From assembly GCA_964405225.1 (NCBI GenBank), contig CAYOND010000015.1:4939-68938 (forward strand): a stretch of 64,000 nucleotides of DNA, read 5' to 3'. Below the pieces are notes generated by a model. It made no database searches, was not told where the DNA came from, and worked only from the letters and a program-made list of their open reading frames with translations. The position numbers were made by a program, and so were the translations under genes. The stretch comes from an uncultured Pseudohongiella sp. (GTDB lineage: Bacteria > Pseudomonadota > Gammaproteobacteria > Pseudomonadales > Pseudohongiellaceae). Positions 55,177 through 63,454 of the stretch are shown here, in pieces; the stretch's first letter is position 1; each line of letters opens with the position of its first letter.

Positions 55177-55366
55177 TTGCGTTTTGGGGCTATGGTTTTT
55201 CCCCATCAGGGTGGATTAATTGTTGAAACCCCTGATTTATTCAAACTTTTTCCTGCCTGAGTCAGTCATATGACACAGTTTTAATAATTTATTCAGCGAC
55301 TTAGCTGAATCGGGGACAACCGGGAAGCAGTGCCCAGGATCAGCTGGTCGACTGCCACCTGTCGTT

Positions 55367-56647
55367 ATGAGTCAAATACAAGAAAAACTTCGCGCGGCCT
55401 TGCCAGCGTCTTTACGCCGTATTTTGGCAGACAGTTCGCAGCAGGACTTGTTGAAATCGGTGGCGCACACAGTGGTTGTGCGCGATGGCCATTGTTTGCA
55501 TCTGGAATCAGGGCGCAGCGCGCAATTTCAGAGTGAGCCTGCCCCTGTCGATGTGACTGCGTTGGCTCAATGTGTGCGTACCCTGTTACCCGTTGACTCG
55601 CATGATGAAGCACTGCGATTGCTGTTACCCGCTGAGGAATTCGTGGGCACTCCAGTAGAACTGGCCGGCGTTTCAAGCGAAACATTATATTCAGCGTTGC
55701 TACTGCAGTGCGAATCAATATTGCCGACTTATGAGAGCGACCTGGCGCTTTCTGTAAATCCAGCTGGCGCAAATTTTGAATCTCCTCACGTGGCACTGTG
55801 GATGCGTCAATCCAGACTGGATGAGTATTTCTCAGCGCTATCAGATGCCGGGGTGTTTCTTGCCGTAGTCTCCCCTCGTTCACTGATTGCAGTCGATGCC
55901 TCAGCGGATTGTCTTATCATCGATCGGGACGCCGGTACAGGCACGGCCATTCATAACGAGGCCGGGGTCATCAAGCAGTGGTCCCACGTATTGAACTCCG
56001 ACTTGCAACAGGAGATGTTTCGCGAAGAATGGGAAACTACATGTGCGAACCAGGCCGACGTAAATGTTGTCAACCTGAATGACCTGCAGGATTTCACTGA
56101 TAACTATTCCGGCGGATTTACTGCACTATACCGATTCTTTCCAGAGGGTGCGTTGGCAGCGCGAAAGCAGGCAGAGAAAGGCAAGAAGTTCCTTGTGGCT
56201 GCAGCCGCAGCAGTCGTTGTGTTGCTCTTATCCTCAATTCCCTTTGTCGCGCAATCAGTGGAGTTCCGGTTGAAGGCGGCCAACCTGGAAGCGAGTCGTG
56301 AACTATCTGCTGATGCCCGTCGTGACCAATCGATAGTAATAGATTTCGAAGATACCTGGGGGCCTATAAATGACTTTCCGGATCAACGCATCCGCGAAGC
56401 CATGTTTACTTTGCAGAGCATCTTGTTACCTGACCAGCTATCGTCAATGGAGGTTGATGAAGGACTCATCCGTATTCAGGGAACCAGTAGCGAGCCGCAG
56501 TCAATTTTGCAGCGCCTGGAACAACATCCAATGTTTACTGAAGTCGTGTTTTCGCGAGCTACCAATAACGACAGATACTTTATTGATCTGCGCTTAAGCA
56601 CTGTGAATTTTGACGCCTACATGGTGCGGTACTTCCCGGATGAATAA
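55367..56647 (+). CDS. GspL-like (PilM-PilN fusion-like) bitopic assembly protein of the T2SS-like operon
   Basis: 426 aa made up of a cytoplasmic domain of about 270 aa, one TM (FLVAAAAAVVVLLLSSIPFV), and a periplasmic domain of about 130 aa ending in a PilN/GspL-type pattern (IRIQGTSSEPQSILQRLEQHPMFTEVVF). It is the first gene of the operon. The call rests on topology and context, not on strong motif identity. Confidence 0.5.
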   Translation: MSQIQEKLRAALPASLRRILADSSQQDLLKSVAHTVVVRDGHCLHLESGRSAQFQSEPAPVDVTALAQCVRTLLPVDSHDEALRLLLPAEEFVGTPVELAGVSSETLYSALLLQCESILPTYESDLALSVNPAGANFESPHVALWMRQSRLDEYFSALSDAGVFLAVVSPRSLIAVDASADCLIIDRDAGTGTAIHNEAGVIKQWSHVLNSDLQQEMFREEWETTCANQADVNVVNLNDLQDFTDNYSGGFTALYRFFPEGALAARKQAEKGKKFLVAAAAAVVVLLLSSIPFVAQSVEFRLKAANLEASRELSADARRDQSIVIDFEDTWGPINDFPDQRIREAMFTLQSILLPDQLSSMEVDEGLIRIQGTSSEPQSILQRLEQHPMFTEVVFSRATNNDRYFIDLRLSTVNFDAYMVRYFPDE

Positions 56648-57221
56648 TCCTTTAGTCAATATCCAGATGTCGGCCAGAGAGAAACGGGTAGTCATGCTGG
56701 CTGCACTGGTGGCATTGGTACTTGTAGTCACCAATTTGTTCCCGGCATTGCAGAGAATCTATGACTCACGGCAACAAAATATTGAATCTTTAGAGTTAGA
56801 CCTGGCACGAGAAGAAAGGCTCACAGAAAATACTGCCCAATGGCGTGAACGGCGCATCGCGGCAGAAACCAGGCGCGATGAACTGGCAGCGCAGACTTTC
56901 AGCGGCGCGACCGTACCGGTTATCGAGGCCAATATTCAAAGAGCCCTGTCACAACACGCACGCGATGCGGGAATTACCGTTAGCTCAACCCGCCTCGCGG
57001 ACCGGCTGGAGACGGCTGGCTGGATTTTGATTAGCCAGGAGATGTCTTTCCGAACCAGCGATGCGGGCAACACAGTGGAGTTTTTGCGACAGCTCGAGAC
57101 ATCGTCGCCGCGCTTGCATGTGACGCATTTTAATTTGTCACACAGCCGCACCCAATATAACGGAGCGATTACGGTAGTGGGTTTCGCACGTAGCGAGAGC
57201 ATAGGGAATAACGATGAGTGA
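56640..57221 (+). CDS. GspM/PilO-like bitopic assembly protein
   Basis: About 193 aa from the ATG at 56640, which overlaps the upstream stop as ATGAATAA (the ORF-track start is 56610). It has an N-terminal TM (VVMLAALVALVLVV), a coiled-coil segment, then an alpha/beta domain of about 90 aa. Its position next to the L-like gene fits. Confidence 0.45.
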   Translation: MNNPLVNIQMSAREKRVVMLAALVALVLVVTNLFPALQRIYDSRQQNIESLELDLAREERLTENTAQWRERRIAAETRRDELAAQTFSGATVPVIEANIQRALSQHARDAGITVSSTRLADRLETAGWILISQEMSFRTSDAGNTVEFLRQLETSSPRLHVTHFNLSHSRTQYNGAITVVGFARSESIGNNDE

Positions 57222-58719
57222 TACGGAACTCCAGCAGGTGGAACAACAGGAAAGCGGTCGCTTCAATGCGATGACGCTCCCCATTTTTTCCCAGCTACTG
57301 GAACCAGAGGGCATCGCGCCGGCTAACGACTATAGCGAATCTGGGCGCCTGGTGTGCAATGAGGCACCCTCAATAGATTTACGGGCCAGAATTCGTTTCA
57401 TCATTGGTGAGCCCGTGGTATTCGCCGTTGGTGACAATGATGAGGTACGCCGATTGCTGCGCCATTGGCGCGCCGAACTCTCGCCCCAGATCGACAGCAG
57501 CGATGATGATGTTTTTGTATCCGGTTTTGAAGACGATGAAGCGCTCAAGGATCTGGCTTCGGAGGCGCCGATAATTCGTCTGGTGAATCATTTGTTTGCC
57601 CGTGCACTGGATCTCAATGCCAGCGACATCCATTTCGAACCTAACGAAGCACATCTCGATATACGGTGCCGGGTAGATGGCATCATGACGCGCATTGAGC
57701 GACTTCCTGCGCGTATTCACACGGCAGTGGCGTCGCGTCTGAAACTGATGGCCAAGCTCGATATCGGGGAGAAGCGCCTGCCCCAAGACGGCCGCATCGA
57801 CTACAAGATAGGCAATAAACAATTGGATATGCGAGTTTCAACCCTGCCTGGCGTCCATGGCGAGTCGATCGTTTTGCGTATCTTGGATCGTGATGACAGT
57901 ACCGTCGCCTTGCAGCAACTTGGCATGCCGGAACAGATTTTAAAACAATACCAGTCAGTGATTTCGCAACCACACGGCATGATTCTGATTACTGGCCCCA
58001 CAGGCTCAGGTAAGACAACAACGCTCTATGCCACCCTGGAGAAAATAAACAGCGAACGACAAAAGATCATCACCGTTGAAGACCCGGTGGAATATCAGCT
58101 CGAAGGAATAACCCAAATCCAGGCCAACTCAGCCATTGGATTGAGCTTTGCGTCGGGATTGCGCTCGATCGTACGACAGGATCCGGATGTCTTGATGGTA
58201 GGTGAGATACGTGATCACGAGACCGCAGAGATCGCCATCGAGTCAGCACTGACCGGGCACCTGGTCTTCTCCACGCTACATACCAACGATGCCGCTGGCG
58301 CCGTAACTCGTTTGCAGGATATGGGTGTCGAGGGTTATCTCATCAGTTCGTCTTTATTGGCTATTCAGGCTCAACGCCTGGTGCGACGGGTGTGCACGGA
58401 CTGCAGCCAGGCAGTTGAACTAAGCGACGATGAGGCTGCTGTGCTTAAAATCGACAAGGCTGAATGCCCGCAAATACAGCGCGGTGATGGGTGTGAACGC
58501 TGTGGCAAAACCGGGTATCGAGGCCGTATCGGGCTTTACGAATTGCTGCTTATGAGCGATGCCATTCGCCATCACATAGCTACAGGAGCGGACGCTAATG
58601 TGATTCGGGAAGAGGCTATCAAAGAAGGCATGCTGACCTTGCGTCAGGATGCGTTAGCGAAACTTAAAGCCGGACTGACTACCCCGGAAGAAGTAGTGAG
58701 GGTGACGCGAGCACAATGA
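57214..58719 (+). CDS. gspE: Type II secretion ATPase GspE
   Basis: 501 aa with Walker A GPTGSGKTT, an Asp box, Walker B DPDVLMVGEIRD, the His box TGHLVFSTLHTND and a tetracysteine motif CTDC...CERC. Confidence 0.93.
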   Translation: MSDTELQQVEQQESGRFNAMTLPIFSQLLEPEGIAPANDYSESGRLVCNEAPSIDLRARIRFIIGEPVVFAVGDNDEVRRLLRHWRAELSPQIDSSDDDVFVSGFEDDEALKDLASEAPIIRLVNHLFARALDLNASDIHFEPNEAHLDIRCRVDGIMTRIERLPARIHTAVASRLKLMAKLDIGEKRLPQDGRIDYKIGNKQLDMRVSTLPGVHGESIVLRILDRDDSTVALQQLGMPEQILKQYQSVISQPHGMILITGPTGSGKTTTLYATLEKINSERQKIITVEDPVEYQLEGITQIQANSAIGLSFASGLRSIVRQDPDVLMVGEIRDHETAEIAIESALTGHLVFSTLHTNDAAGAVTRLQDMGVEGYLISSSLLAIQAQRLVRRVCTDCSQAVELSDDEAAVLKIDKAECPQIQRGDGCERCGKTGYRGRIGLYELLLMSDAIRHHIATGADANVIREEAIKEGMLTLRQDALAKLKAGLTTPEEVVRVTRAQ

Positions 58720-59921
58720 GCGCTGTCGAATACAAATATCAGGCATTTGATGCCAAAGGCAAAATGGAAACGGGCCAGCTAAGTGCCGATTCCGAACGGG
58801 AAGCCGTGCGTATTTTACGTGGACGCAAACTCACACCGGTGAAACTGCAGGAATCCAGACATTCTATTCAGACACCGCGCCGTAAACGTATCCGTCACAA
58901 TGACATACTCGATTTTACCAATGGCCTCTGTACGCTCGTCGAAGCTCGCGTTCCCATAGACAAGGCGTTACGGTTGCTCGAAGGCATCACGGAATCAGCA
59001 GCAATGAGTGAATTGGTGCTGGATCTGTTGCGCGACGTGAAGGAAGGCAGGGGCCTGGCAGAGGCCATGGAAAGCCATCCAAAAGTATTTTCCAAAATGT
59101 ACATCAATATCGTACGGGCGGGCGAAGAAGGCGGTATCTTGCATCAGGTTCTGCCGGATCTGGCGGAGTTTCTCGAAGTCAGTGCCAGAACACGCCAGGC
59201 CATAATCGCAGCCATGGTTTACCCTATTGTCCTGTTAATTACTGGTGTGATTTCAGTAATGCTGTTGCTGGTCTTCGTTGTGCCACAGTTTGCCGCGATG
59301 TTTGAGGATGCAGGCACCGAGATACCCCCTTCGGCCCAGTTCCTGCTTTCACTGAGTGCGTTTATTCAAAGCTACGGCTTTTTATTCATCCTGTTGATTG
59401 CCGGGCTCATACTATTCTGGAAGTCACTGGATCGTGAGCCTGCAACACGCTTGCGCAGAGACAAATTTCTGCTAACGCTGCCATTGCTGGGTAACCTGAT
59501 TCTATTCAGGGATTGTGCCGTGTTTTCTCGCACCCTGGGCGCACTTCTTGGCGCAGGCATTCCCTTGATCAGGGCACTACGTGTCGCACGCGAAGTGATA
59601 GGCAATCAACTACTTACCAATAACTTGTTGCAGGTTGAAGAGGATGTCAGGGGGGGTGCCGGTCTCGGCATCTCGCTGGAAAAAACCAATCAGTTCCCCA
59701 CGTTGCTGCATCAATTGGTCACCGTGGGTGAGGAGTCTGGACGTACTGGCGAAATACTGCTCAAGACAGCCGCTACTTTTGACAACTATGTACGCAATCA
59801 GATGTCTGCGCTCGTATCAGCCTTGCAACCTGCGTTGATTATCTTTTTAGCCATTGCAGTAGGTGGCATCACGATTACTATGCTTTCGGCGGTGTTCAGC
59901 ATGAATGCCGTGGAGTTTTAA
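58716..59921 (+). CDS. gspF: Type II secretion inner-membrane platform protein GspF
   Basis: 401 aa with two GspF-type repeats and three TM segments. Its ATGA overlaps the gspE stop. Confidence 0.92.
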   Translation: MSAVEYKYQAFDAKGKMETGQLSADSEREAVRILRGRKLTPVKLQESRHSIQTPRRKRIRHNDILDFTNGLCTLVEARVPIDKALRLLEGITESAAMSELVLDLLRDVKEGRGLAEAMESHPKVFSKMYINIVRAGEEGGILHQVLPDLAEFLEVSARTRQAIIAAMVYPIVLLITGVISVMLLLVFVVPQFAAMFEDAGTEIPPSAQFLLSLSAFIQSYGFLFILLIAGLILFWKSLDREPATRLRRDKFLLTLPLLGNLILFRDCAVFSRTLGALLGAGIPLIRALRVAREVIGNQLLTNNLLQVEEDVRGGAGLGISLEKTNQFPTLLHQLVTVGEESGRTGEILLKTAATFDNYVRNQMSALVSALQPALIIFLAIAVGGITITMLSAVFSMNAVEF

Positions 59922-59935
59922 TACTGGAGAATAAT

Positions 59936-62077
59936 GTGGATCTCGTAAGCAAGAGAAAAAATCACATCAGGACGATCAGCTACGCTATGTTGTGTATAGC
60001 GCTCTCGTCTTGTGCTGCGATCAATGATCAGCAAACTGGTGCGAGCCCTGACACCGCAACTGGACAGGCCATTGCCAATCAGAATCAGACTCCGACCAGC
60101 CAGATAACCGCCATAGCCGAAATTGACAGCATTGATAACGCAGAACGACTGGCGCTTATTAACGAAATAAATCGCGATGGCCAGATTCCTGCTGCGCCGG
60201 GTTACCGGGAACAAATTCCAACACCGGGACCAGTAGAGGGTGACGACGTAGTCGAACTGAACTATGAACAGGCGCAGTTGCGGCTGGTATTGGAAGAACT
60301 AGCTGATGCGCTGGATATGACGATCATCATTGATCCGTCTATCAATAGCGTCGTCAGCATTCGCACAGCAGCAGATCGTCCGCTGGGTCAGGCAGATATC
60401 TGGCCATTGATGCAACTGCTGGCGCGGGATGCCGGTGTGGTGATTGAGCGAGCCGGTAATGTTTTCAATGCGCGTGTGTTGGACAGTAATTTGCCCGCCG
60501 AAATTATTACACCCGACCAACTTGGTTCGGGTACCGCTGCGAGAGTATTACAGATTACACCACTGCGATTTATTTCGGCTGAAGCGGCCAGTGAATCTAT
60601 CACGCCCATGCTCGAACCTGAGGGCGTAGTCAGGCGCATTACCTCCAGCAACACCCTTGCAATTGAGGCAACGGAAAACCAGTTGATGCGTATTAACCAG
60701 GTGATTTCCCTGATCGATACAGATCCTTTCAGTAATCAGGGTATTCGCCTGTATCAGTTAAGTAACTCCAATGCCCTAGAAGTAGCTACCGAACTGGAGG
60801 AGATTCTGCAATTGATTGAAGGCCCCCTGCCTGCTTATCAGGTCAAGGGCATCGAACGTATCAATGCTATTTTAGTTACTGCACCGGCCACGCGAGGCTT
60901 CGACGAAGTACAGCGTTGGGTGCGCATACTGGATGCTGATGCCCAGGAACAGGTGGAACAGCTTTTCCATTACCAGGTAAAAAATCTGAGTGCGGTGGAA
61001 TTGGCAGAAACGCTGACTAATGTGTTCGACCGGGATGATGATGAAGGTCCGGTAGTGGTGTCCCAGCCTGGATTGATTGGCTTACCGGCAGACAATGACA
61101 ATGGAGATCAGTCTGGCGCAGATACTGTGCCTCCATCTGCATTCACCACCAGAACCACTGTGGTTTCTGCCGATCTGAATGTCACCATTGTTGCCGACGA
61201 GCGCACCAATAGCTTGTTAATCCGCAGCACTGCCAGAGATTATCGACAACTACTCACCACAATCAATCAACTGGATACGGTGCCTCTGCAAGTCATGATC
61301 AACGCAGTCATTGCCCAGATCACCCTGACCGATGCCAATGAATTTGGCGTGGACTGGTCACGAGTTGCTGCAGACAGCGCGGTGAATGACATTTCCACAG
61401 CCACCAGTACCAGCTTTCTGCCCGGTGCTGGCCTTGGCGGCTTGTTGTTCAGCAAGACTTTTATTGATGGTGCTGCGCAGGTTGACGCAACACTGGAAGC
61501 CATATCAGTGAACAACGACGTGCGTTTGCTGGCGCGGCCTTCTCTTACTGTTACCAATAACCAGGAAGGTGAGATCCAGATCGGTGCGCAGGTGCCGGTG
61601 GAACAGGGCGAATCAGTGGGCGGTGGAGGAATCGCCACTACGAATATTCAATATCGCGATACGGGCATCGTGCTTTCCATTACACCGCAAATTAATCGCG
61701 ATGGCGTGGTGAACCTGATTATTCGTCAGGAATTGTCTTCAGTCGATAGTAGCGCCGCGGGAGTCAACAACAACCCGGTATTCAACAACCAGGAGATCAA
61801 CACCACTGTAGTGGTGCGCAATGGCGAAAACGTCGTGCTGGGTGGCCTGATACAAACCGATAACGAAAACCTGAATTCCGGTGTTCCTGGACTCAATCGC
61901 ATTCCGGTGCTGGGGCGGCTGTTTTCCTATCAACAGGATAGTGTTGAAAGGCGCGAGCTGTTTATCGTATTGCGCCCTGAAATTATCAACCTGAATGAGC
62001 AAAACAGTGTGCAGTACGCGGAAATTCTCGAGCGCTTTGAGCTGGCATCAGAACTTATCCAGGAGAGCGGAATCTGA
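59936..62077 (+). CDS. gspD: Secretin GspD with a predicted lipoprotein signal peptide
   Basis: 713 aa with a GTG start preceded by GGAGA. The signal peptide carries a lipobox (CIALSS|CAA). N0-N3-like repeats are present, along with a C-terminal secretin domain (VVRNGENVVLGGLI..GVPGLNRIPVLGRLF). Confidence 0.92.
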   Translation: MDLVSKRKNHIRTISYAMLCIALSSCAAINDQQTGASPDTATGQAIANQNQTPTSQITAIAEIDSIDNAERLALINEINRDGQIPAAPGYREQIPTPGPVEGDDVVELNYEQAQLRLVLEELADALDMTIIIDPSINSVVSIRTAADRPLGQADIWPLMQLLARDAGVVIERAGNVFNARVLDSNLPAEIITPDQLGSGTAARVLQITPLRFISAEAASESITPMLEPEGVVRRITSSNTLAIEATENQLMRINQVISLIDTDPFSNQGIRLYQLSNSNALEVATELEEILQLIEGPLPAYQVKGIERINAILVTAPATRGFDEVQRWVRILDADAQEQVEQLFHYQVKNLSAVELAETLTNVFDRDDDEGPVVVSQPGLIGLPADNDNGDQSGADTVPPSAFTTRTTVVSADLNVTIVADERTNSLLIRSTARDYRQLLTTINQLDTVPLQVMINAVIAQITLTDANEFGVDWSRVAADSAVNDISTATSTSFLPGAGLGGLLFSKTFIDGAAQVDATLEAISVNNDVRLLARPSLTVTNNQEGEIQIGAQVPVEQGESVGGGGIATTNIQYRDTGIVLSITPQINRDGVVNLIIRQELSSVDSSAAGVNNNPVFNNQEINTTVVVRNGENVVLGGLIQTDNENLNSGVPGLNRIPVLGRLFSYQQDSVERRELFIVLRPEIINLNEQNSVQYAEILERFELASELIQESGI

Positions 62078-62131
62078 TACGGTGCTGTTAATGAAACTAC
62101 ATTCTATTTACAGATATATGCAGGATAGACC

Positions 62132-62548
62132 ATGAGCAACTTCGATGCAGGAAACAACGGCAAAAGACATAAAGGCTTTACGCTAATTGAGATTCTGGTA
62201 GTCATGGCAATAATCGGCATGCTGGCAGTTATGGTCGCACCGAATTTATTCAATCAGCGGGCAGGCGCCATGCAAGACGCGGCACGCTCGCAGATCTCGG
62301 CGCTTGAAGCAGCACTGGATACCTATCGGCTTGATATGGGTGACTACCCGGATTCCTTGCAGGGTCTGGTGGAAAACGAAAGTGGACGAGCGGCATGGAA
62401 CGGGCCTTATCTGCGGCGCGATGTGCCACTTGACCCCTGGGGTAATGAATACGTCTATGACGTTGATGGCCGAAGTTTCACTTTAGTCTCATATGGTGCC
62501 GACGGCGAGCGCGGTGGCGAAGATGTGGATGCAGACATCGGGTTATAA
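62132..62548 (+). CDS. gspG: Major pseudopilin GspG
   Basis: 138 aa with the prepilin motif KG|FTLIEILVV, DPWGNEYVY and SYGADGERGGEDVDADIG (the Ca-binding end typical of GspG). Confidence 0.93.
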   Translation: MSNFDAGNNGKRHKGFTLIEILVVMAIIGMLAVMVAPNLFNQRAGAMQDAARSQISALEAALDTYRLDMGDYPDSLQGLVENESGRAAWNGPYLRRDVPLDPWGNEYVYDVDGRSFTLVSYGADGERGGEDVDADIGL

Positions 62549-63035
62549 GACCCGCGTATATCCCCGCATTTCACCCGATTCTACACGCGGGTTTACCCTG
62601 CTTGAGATATTGCTGGTATTGACCATTATTGGCATGGCCAGTGTGCTTATCATACCCAACCTGTCCACACTTGAATCCCGTAGCTTCAGTACCCAGGTGC
62701 GCGAACTCACGGCACTACTGAATCATGGGCGGCGTATGGCTGTTGTCAGTGGCCAACCCGCAGCAACTACCCTGGTTACCGGGATAGACCAGCAGGCCAA
62801 GGAGTTAAAACCGCCACGCAATAGTGTCGGAACCTGGGAAAGCCAGAATACCACCGTCGAGTTCATCGACAGTACGGGTACTGAAACCCTGGTAGAGACC
62901 TTGCTTGCAGTAACGTTTTTTCCGGAAGGCGGCAGCACCGGCGGCATCATTCGCTTGTCCCAGGATGAGCAGGAAATAAACATCTCCGTAGATCCTTTTT
63001 CCGGTCGGGTAGCCATCCTGGAAGACGCGCCATGA
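62529..63035 (+). CDS. gspH: Minor pseudopilin GspH-like
   Basis: Prepilin motif RG|FTLLEILLVLTIIGM, about 168 aa. The start is uncertain (62493, 62523 or 62529) and all options overlap the gspG 3' end. Confidence 0.7.
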   Translation: MQTSGYKTRVYPRISPDSTRGFTLLEILLVLTIIGMASVLIIPNLSTLESRSFSTQVRELTALLNHGRRMAVVSGQPAATTLVTGIDQQAKELKPPRNSVGTWESQNTTVEFIDSTGTETLVETLLAVTFFPEGGSTGGIIRLSQDEQEINISVDPFSGRVAILEDAP

Positions 63036-63454
63036 CATCCAATGGCAAAACAGACATGACTCTGCATCAGTGGAATTTCAGAAAGTGCAAACAGCGCGGG
63101 TTCACGCTGCTGGAAGTTATCGTGGCATTGGCTATTACCGGCTTCATTCTCGGCAGTTTGTTCACGCTGGTGGGTCAGAGCAAACAATTGTCCTGGCGTG
63201 CAGAAGAATCCCTGATTCGTGCGACGCAAATGCGTACTGCTGCCAATTTCGCCTTACTCGAAGACGAATACAATGATGTTGAACCAATTCTGGTTGACGA
63301 AATCTACCAGGTACGTAGCGGTGAATTCCTCGAGGACCCGGAGCGTAAAACCCAGGCCATGAATTATGCGTTGCAGGAATTCGAACTCTATGACCCCGAA
63401 CGCGACGTGACCATCAGTGCCAGTCGCTGGGTGGAACTGGAACTGCCAAGATGA
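63032..63454 (+). CDS. gspI: Minor pseudopilin GspI-like
   Basis: 140 aa with the prepilin motif RG|FTLLEVIVALAI. Its ATGA overlaps the gspH stop. Size and position fit GspI. Confidence 0.65.
   Translation: MTSNGKTDMTLHQWNFRKCKQRGFTLLEVIVALAITGFILGSLFTLVGQSKQLSWRAEESLIRATQMRTAANFALLEDEYNDVEPILVDEIYQVRSGEFLEDPERKTQAMNYALQEFELYDPERDVTISASRWVELELPR

Noticed and set aside
56610-56639. ORF-track start of the M-like gene at 56610, which gives a 38-nt overlap with the L-like gene
   Set aside because: The in-frame ATG at 56640 gives the typical short start/stop overlap (ATGAATAA) seen throughout this operon and a more sensible N-terminus before the TM helix. The start is still unproven.
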